Below are positions 41,906 through 55,742 of a stretch of 64,000 nt of DNA, piece after piece; the first letter of the stretch is position 1, and each line of letters starts with the position of its first letter. Location: NCBI GenBank assembly GCA_951406725.2, contig OX597828.1:42904001-42968000 (forward strand), written 5' to 3'. The translations under genes were made by a program, and so were the position numbers. This stretch comes from Octopus vulgaris. Taxonomy: Eukaryota. The notes under the pieces are model-generated. The model worked only from the letters and a program-made list of their open reading frames with translations, did not search any database and was not told the origin of the DNA.

Positions 41906-42039
41906 AGCTGAGTGAACTGGAGCAACGAGAAATAAAGTGTCATGCTCAAGAACACAACACGCAGCCTGGTCCGGAATTCGAACTCACAACCTCACGATCG
42001 TAAGCTCGACGCTCTAACCACTGATCCATGCGCCTTCAC
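41906..42039 (-). mobile_element. SINE family D 5' part
   Basis: Matches the heads of 4251-4595 and 51377-51714. Confidence 0.85.
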
Positions 42040-42043
42040 ATAC

Positions 42044-42081
<38 letters not shown>

Positions 42082-42090
42082 GCATACATA

Positions 42091-42139
<49 letters not shown>

Positions 42140-42600
42140 CCAGAAACCTATATATACACGGTCATACCACCTACACACAGCTGCGAGCGCGCGCGGTAAA
42201 AATTTACCAACAGAATGAATAACAGCTCAAAAAAACAAAAAAAAAAGTACTGATGTTGATTTGCTCAATTAAAGCACTTGCACGCAGTGCTCCAGCATGG
42301 CCACAGTCCAATGACTGAAACAAGTGAAAGACAAATGCTGTAAATATATAAGAACTCTTTTACCTCTTAGTCTCGCTTCCTCCTTTAATCAAGTTTCCAC
42401 TTGTCTCTGTCACTCTCCCGCTTTCAGGAAACTCACATTGCTTCAACCCCCATCGCCCTCCTTCAGACTAATTTTGAGCCAAAGTGTTTGTAACTTCGCC
42501 TCTTTCTTCACGATTCATTAACTATTTCTTTCTCTTACTGCTTTCGTAATTTTTTTCTTCTTTTCATTTGTTCATTTATCCTCACTTAATATAAATTTAT

Positions 42601-42995
42601 GGGCAGGAGTGGCTGTGTGGTAAGTAGCTTGCTTCCAAACCACATGGTTCCGGGTTCAGTCCCACTCCGTGGCATCTTGGGAAAGTGTCTTCTGCTATAG
42701 CCTCGGGCCGACCAATGCCTTGTGAGTGGATTTGGTAGACGGAAACTGACAGAAGCCTGTCGTATATATGTATATATATATGTATATATATATGTATGTG
42801 TGTGTCTGTGTTTGTTCCCCTAGCATTGCTTGACAACCGATGCTGGTGTGTTTACGTCCCCGTCACTCAGCGGTTCGGCAAAAGAGACCGATAGAATAAG
42901 TACTGGGCTTACAAAGAATAAGTCCCGGGGTCAATTTGCTCGACTAAAGGCGGTGCTCCAGCATGGCCGCAGTCAAATGACTGAAACAAGTAAAA
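42601..42995 (+). mobile_element. SINE family B, full length
   Basis: GCAGGAGTGGCTGTGTGGTAAG...GGGTTCAGTCCC...GGCGGTGCTCCAGCATGGCCGCAGTCAAATGACTGAAACAAG. Confidence 0.92.
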
Positions 42996-43094
42996 TAGAA
43001 ATAGATATCTGCGTATATACCTGTGTATATGTATATATATGTGCGTGTGCTTTTTATGTGTATGTGTGTGTGTGTGCATCTATCTATCCCTCTG

Positions 43095-43174
<80 letters not shown>

Positions 43175-43254
43175 ACCAGTCGCCATGCCTGACCGCTAAA
43201 TTCTCAAGTTCTCTGTTTTTTCCTATTCCTTTCTGTTGACCCTAACATAAACAA

Positions 43255-43410
43255 TTGACTCCGGCAAGATTTGAACTCGCAGTTCAACGGTACGGAACAG
43301 ATACTGCAAGACCTCTCGACTTTCTCACTTTCCCAAGCGTCAAACTAATGCACCCGCTTGCTGTTCATTCACCTGGTCTTCGTCTTTTATTTCTCTCTCA
43401 ATTTCAACTA
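43255..43410. repeat. Composite repeat with an inverted partner at 47276-47430
   Basis: SINE-A-like piece fused to a Penelope-like piece (GACTTTCTCACTTTCCCAAGCGTCAAACTAAT); the same junction in both copies. Confidence 0.8.
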
Positions 43411-43791
43411 ATACATAATCATACATACATACATACATACATACATACATACATACATACATACATACATACATACATACATACACAGAACTATAAGCCA
43501 TGTCATTTTAGTGAAGATCGTCCTAACATTAATATCAAACATTTTTTTTTATCTCGGTTTACGTTATCGGGTCATTTTTTGTTTGTTTAAGATGGTAGAT
43601 CTGATATGAAAGGTGAGTCGATAACCTCCACTTGACCATTCCCCTTCTAGTTGCCTTTGGAATCGTGCAGTTTGATTGGCTGCACAGTCTTACATTTGTA
43701 TCCTCTTTTGAAAGTTCCTGTTTCATTTTGTTTGTTTATAAAATTTCTCTTCTTCTCTCATAGATTCATCGTATTTTGCCAAAATATGCAA

Positions 43792-43919
43792 ATATCCCCT
43801 GATGAAGTGGGGTGGTGACGTATTATGTTACGACGAATTTATGTTATGTAATCTAATACGTTATATAATACACTGCGCACGAGTATTAAATGACGCTACT
43901 GAAACGCTTGTAGTGATGT
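43792..43919 (+). ncRNA. Type I hammerhead motif with canonical core and long stem II insert
   Basis: ATATCCC CTGATGA AGTGG...(~85 nt)...CTACT GAAA C-GCTT-GT A GTGATGT; triplet GUA; stem I has one mismatch. Confidence 0.55.
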
Positions 43920-44154
43920 GTCGCACCGTCCATTCATTTTTGCTTACTAAATAATATAAATGATATACTGTGTAATATGCAACAATTATAGCTTTGATGC
44001 ATACCGGATTTTCAGGATACCGGGGACCAGTAAACTATTGTTAAACTCCATTTGGATAACCAGGAACGCTTCCTTTCGGATTAATCTGTTTAGTCAAAGC
44101 TACGCGAAAGTACTTCGAAGTAAATTTGCCAAATTCTCTTTAATACCTTTCATA

Positions 44155-44185
<31 letters not shown>

Positions 44186-44239
44186 CATACATACATACAT
44201 ACATACATACATACATACATACATACATACATACATTAT

Positions 44240-44640
44240 TGTTGGCATTCTTTTGTCTCGAGAGACAATGGAGTTGCACATAAACTAATCCAGTCTGGTT
44301 TTTACATTTCATGTCCTCTCCAGTTTCCTCTCTAGTTTTGCGCAGGCCTCTGGACTAGATGAAAGAAAATCCTGGGTAGCCCAATCGTCAGGATTCCTCT
44401 CTCGACTTTGCTGACGTAGTCCAAAGGAGTGCAGAGCATTATGTTTGGCACCAGCTTGGTTGCAGAAGCTGCCGGAAGAGTGTCGAGTCGAATAGTAAAC
44501 CGCCTACGGGGCTCCACTCCGGATTTCTTTGAAGGTTGTCTCCTTTCCGTAGCCATGGATAGGGGCCCATACCGGGTACTGTCAGCCGGAGCCAGCTGAG
44601 CCCGGGATTGTCACTCCCTGAAGTGGTCAAGAAAATCGCT
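44240..44640 (-). mobile_element. Possible RTE-related retroelement fragment (5' UTR-like)
   Basis: GC-richer unique block between microsatellites; CTGGTGCCAA motif shared with SINE D. The family assignment is from memory and weak. Confidence 0.3.
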
Positions 44641-44645
44641 ACCCA

Positions 44646-44875
44646 CTACCTACCTACCTACCTACCTACCTACCTACCTACCTACCTACCTACCTACCTA
44701 CCTACCTACCTACCTACCTACCTACCTACCTACCTACCTACCTACCTACCTACCTACCTACCTACCTACCTACCTACCTACCTACCTACCTACCAACCTA
44801 CCTACCTACCTACCTACCTACCTACCTACCTACCTACCTACCTACCTACCTACCTACATACATACCTACCTACAT
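44646..44875. repeat. (CTAC)n tetranucleotide tract
   Basis: Directly visible, followed by a 66-bp tandem duplication (44891 and 44957). Confidence 0.95.
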
Positions 44876-45977
44876 ACATACATACATACATGCATGCCTG
44901 CATACATAGATAAGTACACACTTACGTACACAGGCATACATACATACATACATACATGCATGCCTGCATACATAGATAAGTACACACTTACGTACACAGG
45001 CATACATACATACATCTACACAGATAGGCTCACATGCATGCACACATACACACACATACATATACACACATGCAGTTTAAAATGAAAAGTAATTTTTCAC
45101 AAATTCATAAAATTAATATGTACAAAGTTATCGGCTTTTATTGGTTTCTGAAAAAGTCAACAAGAAAATAAAAAGCAAAAACAAAAAAGACAAAAAAGAC
45201 AACAAAAAAAAAAAACAATATGCTGCGATACTTTCCTACTATAGCTTATGGTACAACATATTCATGAACATTCTGTAAATTATACTCTTTTCATGAAATG
45301 TCTTTCATGAAAAGTATAAGAATTCGTCACCGAACGCTTTGGGGGAAAATTGTCATAAAGACCCCCATCGTTGTGTCATGGCACTAACTAACCATATGAT
45401 GGCGTTAACACTTGTCAATGTTTGTAAACGGAAGAGGTAAAATATTTCACTTACTTCCCGAGCGAATCTGTGGTTAAATCATAAAACAGTATAAGACGTA
45501 AGTTTGATAATCGAATTTTACAAACCACCAAATAGACTTACTTTGAGGGTGTGAAAGGAAAGAGTTTTAATGTAAAGATTATTGCTTTGTCTGAAAGCTG
45601 GTGGTTTTTTCAAAAAATAGTTGCAGTGCTGATTCAACAAGTGATCGAGGGTTCGATTCTCGCTGGACTCTGATGTATAATTTATTTTGGTTTTCATTTG
45701 TGAAATTAGACAGAGCAAATACAATAAAAGGAAAACAACAACATACATACAAGCAAATAACAAACCTTTTCGTGGTTTAATAAACAGAAACTAATATTTA
45801 ATCGTATAGACAGAATATACAGGCACTGGGTACGCCACGTGTATGTCTGTGCACATACATATGTACATACAAATATACGCATAAATATATATGTGTATAT
45901 ATGTGTGTGTATGTATATATATATGTGTGTGTCTATGTGTATATATATATGTATATATATATATATATATATCTATA

Positions 45978-46018
<41 letters not shown>

Positions 46019-46019
46019 A

Positions 46020-46053
<34 letters not shown>

Positions 46054-46260
46054 TATATATATAAACATACATACATATATAAATGCTATTCCTGCAGCTG
46101 TGTTGCGTATTCTTATCATCAGATGCGAGTCAGTGGTTTCAATTAAGAAGATCAATAGAGAGGTGATGAAATAATGATGTGCACACACAATGGAGTCACT
46201 GCCCCGTCAAATGTAGCTGAATCATGGACGTGGAGTGATAGTACCGCTGCTGCTAATGAC

Positions 46261-46372
<112 letters not shown>

Positions 46373-47151
46373 GTAGTGGTGTTAGCGCGAAGGTGGGGGA
46401 TAGTAATAGTGTGAAGGTGTTCATAGAGGAAACGTGAAGGTGCTGAGGTGAGAGTGGTGGCGATAGTAGTAGTGGTGGTGGTGGTGGTGGTGGTGGTGGT
46501 GGTGGTGGTGGTGTGTAGGGTTGTGATCCGATCGATTAGGAATCAAAGTTACTTAGCATCACCTCTACTGTGTTTGGTGTCACCGAATCATTTCATCTTT
46601 TCCGACTTCCTGATTTCCTTTGATCCGTAACTATCACTACATCTTTCATTTATTTTTCCACTTCTTTTTATCTTTTTTGTATCTGTGTATGGTCAGCCAT
46701 CACTGACCACTGACCGATATCTCTAGTTCGACATAACTAATTTATAAATTCATGCTACACACACAAGAACAAAAACAACAAAAACAATACAAATACATCT
46801 ACAACAAACAGACAAACAAACAAAGCAAGAATTAATTTTTCCTTCTCCCTTGAATAAGGATTCACATGATTGAGGCTTATCTAAGGTTTTGCGCCGTGTT
46901 AAATGGCTATAAAGCAGGTATTTTTCTGGATAGTACTAAAATATCTTACAGGTAGCTTTCGTTTGCAAAGCGGCCTTTTTGGCAAAGTTGTTAGAGCGTG
47001 GGATAAAATGACTCACGACATCCGTTTCAGCCCTAAGACCTGTGAGTTCGAATCCCGGGGCTGTCAGCTTTACCTTTCATTTTTTTTTCGGAATCATTTA
47101 AAAAGTATACCAATGTTGGAACTGTTCTTATGTGGAGGAAAGATATATATA

Positions 47152-47266
<115 letters not shown>

Positions 47267-47506
47267 GTGTGTGTGTAGTTGAAATTTACAGAAAAATAAA
47301 AGATGAAGGCAGGTGTATGAACAACAAGCAGGCGTATTAGTTTGACGCTCGGGAAAATGAGAAAGTCGAGATGTCTTATAGTATCTGTCCCGTACCGCTG
47401 AACTGCGAGTTCAAATCTCACCGAAGTCAACTATCTATGTTTTTTATTCCTCCAGGGTCGACGAAAATGTACCAGTCCAGGGGTGATGGATTAGTAGAAC
47501 TGTTAA

Positions 47507-47737
47507 GGCGGTGAGCTGGCAGAAACGTTAGCACGCCGGGCGAAATGCGTAGCCATATTTCGTCTGCCGTTACGTTGTGAGTTCAAATTCCGCCGAGGTC
47601 GACTTTGCCTTTCATCCTTTCGGGGTCGATAAATTAAGTACCAGTTGCGTACTGGGGTCGATATAATCGACTTAATCCGTTTGTCTGTCCTTGTTTGTCC
47701 TCTCTGTGTTTAGCCCCTTGTGGGTAGTAAAGAAATA
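47507..47737 (+). mobile_element. SINE family A monomer with TSD AGTAGAACTG
   Basis: Intact head, centre and tail; duplicated flank. Confidence 0.92.
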
Positions 47738-48391
47738 AGATAAGTAGAACTGATTGAAGGTGGACAAAGATGCCGTGCTGTAACATGTCCGGTTTTCTAC
47801 GTTCTAACAAGGTCTGCGATAACATTGATGTCAAGACAACGGATAAAATGGGTAGACTTTCCCACGGATAAATAATGGTAGCATGGAGAGAGGGAGATAC
47901 ACAAGACGGGTATCTACCAGATGACCTTAGAAAAACTTAAAACAAACCTACTCACACAATTGTAAAAGCATGGCCAGATTCAACTGACAGAAGCCCTTGT
48001 GGGTCCTATTGTAAGAGGAACAGAACTAAGCACTGAAATCCAAGGACAAAGCAACCGTATCAGCTCTATTGTGGTGTCAGTGTTTAGAGCTATGCGGTAT
48101 AATAAATGGATTAATAACTTACCAAAGGTTATAATTGTTCTACAAAGTTGGTTATTTTAACCAACAGGCCGACAATTAGCACAGAGCCAGCAATCTACAT
48201 CGATCCCGGGACTCAAATGGGACTTATTTTATGGACCCCGAAAGAATGAAAGGCAAAGTCGACTTCGGCGGAATATAAACTGAGAACGTTAAGATTTTAG
48301 ATCTCAGGCATTTTCAGTTTCCACAATTTCTAAATTTTCACGCCACCCTAGATTGCACAATCTATATACCCGCACACATATGCATGTGTGT

Positions 48392-48697
48392 TAGGGTGGC
48401 GTGAAAATAAAAAAAAAAATGTGGAAATTAAAAATGCCAGAGAGCTAAAATGTTGCTATATTTAATTACAATAAAATGGCTAAATTTTCGCTTAGATCAG
48501 TCAATGGAATTTACACCCTCAAACCCCTCAAAATGTACAAAATCCCCCATTTTCGGAGTTTAGAAGGATTGAGGAGGTAAATGTTCTCGATTGATCTTAG
48601 CGAAAATTTAGCATGTTTCTAATAATTAAATAAAGCAACATTTTGACCCTCAGGCATTTTCAGCTTTTACAATTTTTTAAATTTTCGCTTCACCTTA
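48392..48697. mobile_element. Palindromic MITE (TAGGGTG-type ends), plus an adjacent terminal fragment at 48293-48350
   Basis: Long imperfect inverted arms: TAGGGTGGCGTGAAAAT...GCTAAATTTTCGCTTAGATC and GATCTTAGCGAAAATTTAGC...ATTTTCGCTTCACCTTA. Confidence 0.8.
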
Positions 48698-49318
48698 ATG
48701 AGTATATTCATTACCAGTGTATCAATATATGACCATCGCTATATTTCAGGTGATTGGTTGTTTGTTTGTCGGCCGACTCAATCATGCGCACTACTGCCAT
48801 CTCTCTCTACTCAACGATTGAATTCCCTGTTCTCAATGTTCTGGTCCCAAGGTTTGACACGTCCTACTTCAATAATAATTAAAGAAAATGAAAAAAAAAA
48901 AGCTTTTGATTGATTCACGACACATTGTTCACGGTTCATGAGTTCCACAAATTCAGCGAGTCTTGTATTGTTTTTCATTAAACCCGCAAAACAAAATGAA
49001 AAGAAAGTATGAGGAAAAAAAACCCCGCAAGGATAGACGGCAGCATGTGTCACATCACCTTGCATATGTATGGCTAAAAGCAGCAGGAAACGTCATCTAG
49101 GATTACCGGTTCACTTGTTAAAGGGCAGGTTGTTAATTATTCGAACACCCATGCTGTTCTGTGCCCCTGACTGGGGTAGATTATTAACTTTCAGATGGCG
49201 CAGCCTAGAGTCACGTCAAGTAAATATCACGAATCAACAAAAACCAGGACAAACCATTACGTGTAGTTCGATCGGGCTACAAGTTATAGTTTACACTGAT
49301 TTTCAGGACTCGAGCCCC

Positions 49319-49365
<47 letters not shown>

Positions 49366-49367
49366 CC

Positions 49368-49401
<34 letters not shown>

Positions 49402-49528
49402 CCCTCTCTATCTCTCTCTTTCTCTGCCTCTTATCCACCTCTCATACATGCATAATATATATATATATATTAGAAGAAATAAGGTGCTCAGAAATCTGGA
49501 TGGTCTTATATTTACAGATTTTTATTAA

Positions 49529-49646
49529 TATGTCACATGGTTTTATAAGTCATATATTAAGGCTTGCATCTACTCTAGTAGAATCTCCAGATTCTACTAG
49601 AGTTGATGACAGCGGTAATATATGATTTATAAAAACGTGTGACATA
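49529..49646. repeat. Fold-back palindrome, 58-bp arms with 2-nt loop
   Basis: Centre ACTCTAGTAGAATCT-CC-AGATTCTACTAGAGT is perfect; pairing extends to TATGTCAC/GTGACATA. Confidence 0.9.
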
Positions 49647-49770
49647 ATAATAACAATCAGTATCTATAAAGCTGAAATGCGAAAAGTTTGTTTGTCTCAT
49701 TTTCGGATTGGAACGGGTCAAGGGGCACTAGATGGGGTCGGATTGGCTCCAAAATTTACTATATATATAC

Positions 49771-50170
49771 AGGCGCAGGAGTGGCTATGTGGTAAGTAGC
49801 TTGCTTACCAACCACATGGTTCCAGGTTCATTCCCACTGCGTGGCACCTTGGGCAAGTGTCTTCTACTATAGCCTCGGGTCGACCAAAGCCTGTGAGTGG
49901 ATTTGGTAGACGGAAACTGAAAGAAGCCCGTCGTATATATCTATATATATATATATGTATGTATGTGTGTATATGTTTGTGTGTCTGAGCATTTCCCCCA
50001 ACATCGCTTGACAACCGATGCTGGTGTGTTTACATCCCCGTAACTTAGCGGTTCGGCAATAGAGACCGATAGAATAAGTACTAGGCTTACAAAGAATAAG
50101 TCCTGGCGTCGATTTGCTCGACTAAAGGCGGTACTCCAGCATGGCCACAATCAAATGACTGAAACAAGTA
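49771..50170 (+). mobile_element. SINE family B, full length
   Basis: Same structure as 42601-42995. Confidence 0.92.
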
Positions 50171-50179
50171 TATATGTAT

Positions 50180-50368
50180 AGTTAATCCAAACAAGAAAGC
50201 ACAAAAAAAAACACACAACGCGAGGACGTGGAACAAATATAGTATTATTGGACACTCAGGAAAGAAGGAAAGAACGAGGGTTTAACGTTTTGAGAGGAGC
50301 TCTTCGTCGGAAACATAGGAGAAGGAAAGATCCAGAGAAGGGAAGACAGAGGAAAAAATCGCCAACGG
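50180..50368 (-). mobile_element. Penelope-like terminal repeat with degenerate hammerhead
   Basis: Minus strand: GTTT CCGACGA A GAG-CTCCT-CTC AAAA CGT T AAAC (G12 mutated to A). Confidence 0.55.
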
Positions 50369-50374
50369 TACACA

Positions 50375-50471
<97 letters not shown>

Positions 50472-50608
50472 GTGTGTGTGTATGTATGTATATATGTATG
50501 TATGCATATATATATATGTATGTATATATATATACATGTATATGTATGTGAATGTATATATATGTATATATATACATACATATACATGTATATATATATA
50601 TACATACG

Positions 50609-51034
50609 TTTGTACGATGTGGAGAATATACCGCCAACTTTGCCCAAACGACCTGAACATTAGCTTCAAGGTTCATCCAAGACTAGGACCACGGGCCATA
50701 CGTCCCCTGCCCAATTCAAGATCACAGCATACATGTATGCTACAACATAATTTCTTTTCCTCAACAGGTCCTGCCCTATTTAACATTGTCCCGAAAGAGA
50801 TCAAAGAGGAACAGGATCCCATCAACTTTAAACGGAGTCTGGATAGATTCCTTCAAGGAATACCAGATAAGCCACCCATAATTGGATACAACTCACCCAA
50901 CAAAAACTTACTACTTGAATGGACCATAAACAAAACTTGACTTAAACAGGATTCAAATAATCCTATCAGGTGGTGCTAATAAGTTAGACATGGCCTGGAC
51001 CAATCATTGGTCGAAACAGATCTAAGTTTATCTA

Positions 51035-51040
<6 letters not shown>
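50609..51040 (+). mobile_element. CR1-type LINE 3' end (ORF2 C-terminus, 3' UTR and ATCTAAGTTT tail), copy 1
   Basis: MWRIY...GPALFNIVPKEIKE...FKRSLDRFLQGIPDKP...LLEW*, a typical CR1 ORF2 terminus, with a tandem 10-bp tail. Confidence 0.88.
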
Positions 51041-51074
<34 letters not shown>

Positions 51075-51233
51075 TTTGATTTAATTACATATTATATTTA
51101 AAATTTTTTACTTATATCTCTTTGTCTATTTACTCTTACTGTATATGTAATGGTGTATTAAAGTATTGATTGGGTACCATCTGATAGTTGATGTTTTATT
51201 GATTTAAGTATGTTTCTCCATTCTCTAATTTTG

Positions 51234-51283
<50 letters not shown>

Positions 51284-51376
51284 ATACACACTTGCGCACA
51301 CACACATAAATATATATTCATACACACACACACACACATATATATATGCGTATGTATATATATATATATATTGTAA

Positions 51377-51711
51377 AGACCCCCTTCGGTCATGAGTGAC
51401 CATGGGTTTGCACCTAGAGAGTTACCCTCTGAGGCACAAGTCTGGGCAAGGTTGTTTTATGGAAGGCCAGCAGTCGCCCATGCATACCGGCCTCCCCTCT
51501 CCACGTCACCGATGTTGTCCAAGGGAAAGGCAAAGGGGCCGATACAGCTTGGCACCAGTGACGTCGCAACTCATTTCTACTGCTGAGTGAACTGGAGCAA
51601 CGTGAAATAAAGTGCCTTGCTCAAGAACACAACACGCAGCCCGGTCCGGGATTCGAGCTCACAACCTCACGATCGTAAGCTCGACGCTCTAACCACTGAG
51701 CCATGCGCCTT

Positions 51712-51714
<3 letters not shown>
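51377..51714 (-). mobile_element. SINE family D, full length
   Basis: Matches 4251-4595. Confidence 0.9.
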
Positions 51715-51802
<88 letters not shown>

Positions 51803-52715
51803 TTATATAATTATATGAGTGTGTTTATTTGTATGTCCCCCACCACTTGACAAACGGTGTTGGTTAGTTGACGTACCCCATAACTTAGTGGTTCGGCAAA
51901 AAGAGACCAATTGCATAAGTACTGGGCTTAGGAAAAAAATCCATATGCGTACTGGAGTCGACAAAACCCTTCAGGGCAGCGTCTCAGCATCGCCACAGTC
52001 CAATGGCTGAAACAACTAAGAGAAACTACCTCCTTCCCATTAGTGGCCTCGTGTTTGTGCAATTAATTTGCATCAAAGGAAAGGCCGCACATGGCAGAGT
52101 AGCCAGAATACCGTTATAAATCCTATTGACATATTCATTCATCATCATCCATGTCAGTTTGTGGTCGGGGTTCAAATGACTTTCATCTTTTTGAGGTCGA
52201 TAAAATAAAGTACCTGTCAAGTGCTAAGGGTCAATTTAATCGACCACAAACCCAACACTCACAAAATTCTGACCTCCTGCTTGGAGAAGCGACCATTATT
52301 AATACGAATGTTTTTTTTTTTTGTTTGTCGCAACCGTTGTTCTTTTCTAATAAACATCATTTAATTGCTTTGTCGCTAGACGTGTGTGCGTGCGTATGTG
52401 CGTGAGAATGTATGAGTAGATGTGTGTGTATGAGCGCGCGCGTGTGTGTGTGTGTGTGTATGTTTGGTTCTTTAAAGCAGCCACACCTATTACGTCTACG
52501 GATGCATGTTTCCTGTTGGCTCCTCACTTTACGTAACGTTACAATTAAGGTCATTTGCACTTCATTACGTAATGTCAGGCACTTGACTTCATTTTGTACT
52601 TCTTCCGGAGAGCTATTAGATAGACAGAATACAGAAGGCGTATCAATGACATAGGTGCATAAGCACCCGCACATAGAAACCTATACAATATTTATATATA
52701 TATATATATATATAT

Positions 52716-53136
52716 AGGTGCAGGAGTGGCTGTGTGGTAAGTAACTTGTTTACCAACCACATGGTTCCGGGTTCAGTCCCACTGCGTGGCACCTTGGGTT
52801 AGTGTCTTCTACTATAGCCTCAGGCCGACCAAAGCCTTGTGAGTGGATTTGGTTGACGGAAACTGAAAGAAGCCCGTCGTATATATCTATATATATATGT
52901 ATGTGTGTGTATATGTTTGTGTGTCCGTGTTTGTCCCCACCAACATCGATTGACAACCGATGCTGGTGTGTTTATGTACCTGTAACCTAGCGGTTCGGCA
53001 AAAGAGACCGATAGAATAAGTACTCGGCTTACAAAGAATAAATCCTGGGATCGATTTGCTCGATTAAAGGCGGTGCTCCAGCATGGCCACAGTCAAATGA
53101 CAGAAACAAATGAAAGAGTAAAAAGAGTAAAGAGTA
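52716..53136 (+). mobile_element. SINE family B, full length
   Basis: Same structure as 42601-42995, with an AAAGAGTA repeat tail. Confidence 0.92.
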
Positions 53137-53865
53137 TGATAGAAGCCATAGCCACTCATAATAAAAAAAAGGAGTAATAGTTAACTGTCCCAGTGAAAAC
53201 TTCAACGAGATATAAACATAACAGGCCTGACTTAGTAGTTCGGGAAAGAGAAGAGAAACTGAGTACCTTTGCAAAAATTAGCTACCCAGCAGATGTTATA
53301 AAGTTATTGATCAGCAAAAAAGAAAATATCTACGCTGCACTATTGAAGATTCCACAGCTACCCTATCCAGATTAAACGTTCATGTTCATACCTGTCATTA
53401 TTTGGGGAGTTATTCCTTCTCGAGCCACGCCTGGCTCATAAGGGCCGTTTTTCCGGTTTCCTTGGCGTATAGGTTCCCCACCTGGACGGGACGCCGGTCC
53501 GTCGCAGGTGAGCTGCAAATGAGAGAAAGTTGTGGTGAAAGAGTCAGCAGAAGTTTCGCCATTACCACCTTCTGCCGGAGTCACATGGAGCTTAGGTGTT
53601 TCGCTCATAAACACCCACACATCGCCCGGTCTGAGATTCGAACCCGCGATCCCTCGACCGCGAGTCTGCTGCTCTAACCACTAGGCCATGTGACTCCATC
53701 TGTGATTATTTGACACTGGGATATGTAAAACACTGCTTAAATACCAATCTTGAGTAATAAGGCTTCACAACACCAAAAAGGAGAAAGTTAATTCAAAGAC
53801 CACAGATCCAAGTCATCACTGGAACTGTAAATGTCTGCAAAACTTTCCAGAAGTTCATAATTTAA
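53137..53865 (+). pseudogene. Decayed non-LTR retrotransposon C-terminus with restriction-like endonuclease (R4/Dong/NeSL-like), split by a SINE
   Basis: VKTSTRYKHNRPDLVV...ISYPADV...KKENIY...FIPVII, resuming after the SINE with LGYVK...IQVITGTV..CKTFQKF*. The HNRPD...K..Y pattern fits RLE domains. Confidence 0.75.
53405..53699 (-). mobile_element. SINE family C-related element with a third tail type; 13-bp TSD CTGT(C/G)ATTATTTG
   Basis: Head TGGAGTCACATGGCCTAGTGGTTAGAGCAGCAG...GGTTCGAATC, shared centre, tail CCTGCGACGGACCGGCGTCCCGTCCAGG. TSD at 53392-53404 and 53700-53712. Confidence 0.85.
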
Positions 53866-54057
53866 GTACATATAAGCATGCCTAGACATGCAAGTATATG
53901 CATGAGAGTACATACATAAAACAAAACATACACATCTGCACGTATACATACATATATACATACATTAATACGTATAGAAATGCGTGTGTGTGTGTGTGAG
54001 TATAATTTTATCCACCACGCTCAAACAAGTTTAATGATGTATTTGCATCATTATCTC

Positions 54058-54107
<50 letters not shown>

Positions 54108-54152
54108 TATGTACATGCATATATCGTGCCTATATCATTGATTCTGTTATCA

Positions 54153-54586
54153 TTTGTACGATGTGGAGAATATACCGCCAACTTTGCCCAAACGACCTGA
54201 ACATTAGCTTCAAGGTTCATCCAAAACTGGGACCTCGGGCCATACGTCCCCTGCCCAATTCAAGATCACAGCATACATGTACACTGCAACATAATTTCTT
54301 TTCCTCAACAGGCCCTGCCCTATTTAACATTGTCCTGAAAGAGATCAAAGAGGAAAAGGATCCCATCAACTTTAAACGGAGTCTGGATAGAGTCCTTCAA
54401 AGAAAACCAGATAAGCCACCCATAATTGGATACAATTCATCCAACAAAAACTCACTACTTGAATGGACCATAAACAAAACTTGACTTAAACAGGATTCGA
54501 ATAATCCTATCAGGTGGTGCTATTAAGTTAGACATGGCCTGGACCAATCTTTGGTCGAAACATATCTAAGTTTATCTAAGTTTATC
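54153..54586 (+). mobile_element. CR1-type LINE 3' end, copy 2
   Basis: Very similar to 50609-51040, with the same 5' truncation region. Confidence 0.88.
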
Positions 54587-54682
54587 ATTTTTAAATCGTT
54601 ACACTAGATAATAACAGAGTCAATGATATATTCGAAAATTATTTTTTCGTGAATTATTTGCTCCGTATTGAAATATATATAT

Positions 54683-54761
<79 letters not shown>

Positions 54762-55249
54762 ACACATATATATATATGCATCTCTCTCCTCCTCTCTCTC
54801 TATATATATATAGATGTATATGTGGAAATATATATATATATATATATATATAAATGTATATAATTGTATATGTATACATGTATGTGTTGCGCATGTGTCA
54901 GTGTGTGCGTGCATGTGAGCGCTTGCTCGCGTGTATGCCAGGACATACATTAGTGTTTTTCTTTCCTCAATGGATTTCATCACTCTGTAGGTCTTTTGCA
55001 TGTCAATACAACCTTATACAAATGCCTTAGCGCTGTTTTTATTGCACATCATCAAAACAAATGCTATCTACATCTATCGGCATCTATTCTGAAGTGAGAA
55101 CATGCCTTTATGTATGTATGTATGTATGTATGTATGTATGTATGTATGTATGTATGTATGTATGTATGTATGTATGCATGTATGTATGTTTGTATGTATC
55201 TATCAATCTATCTATCTATCTATGCATTTAACTATCTCTGCATACATGC

Positions 55250-55320
<71 letters not shown>

Positions 55321-55383
55321 CATATACATATATATGATATATGATATATATACATACATACATTTATATATATACATTATATA

Positions 55384-55488
<105 letters not shown>

Positions 55489-55638
55489 GGTGTATATATC
55501 ACCAGATCTCCTGGCAACATCAATATATATCCCTTAGCAACAACTCTGAGACATTTCGGCGTCATCCACAGTATCAAAAACAATGACAACGCCACTAACC
55601 CACTCTCACCCACCCCCCCCAACACCACCACCACCACC

Positions 55639-55670
<32 letters not shown>

Positions 55671-55678
55671 CCAACACC

Positions 55679-55742
<64 letters not shown>

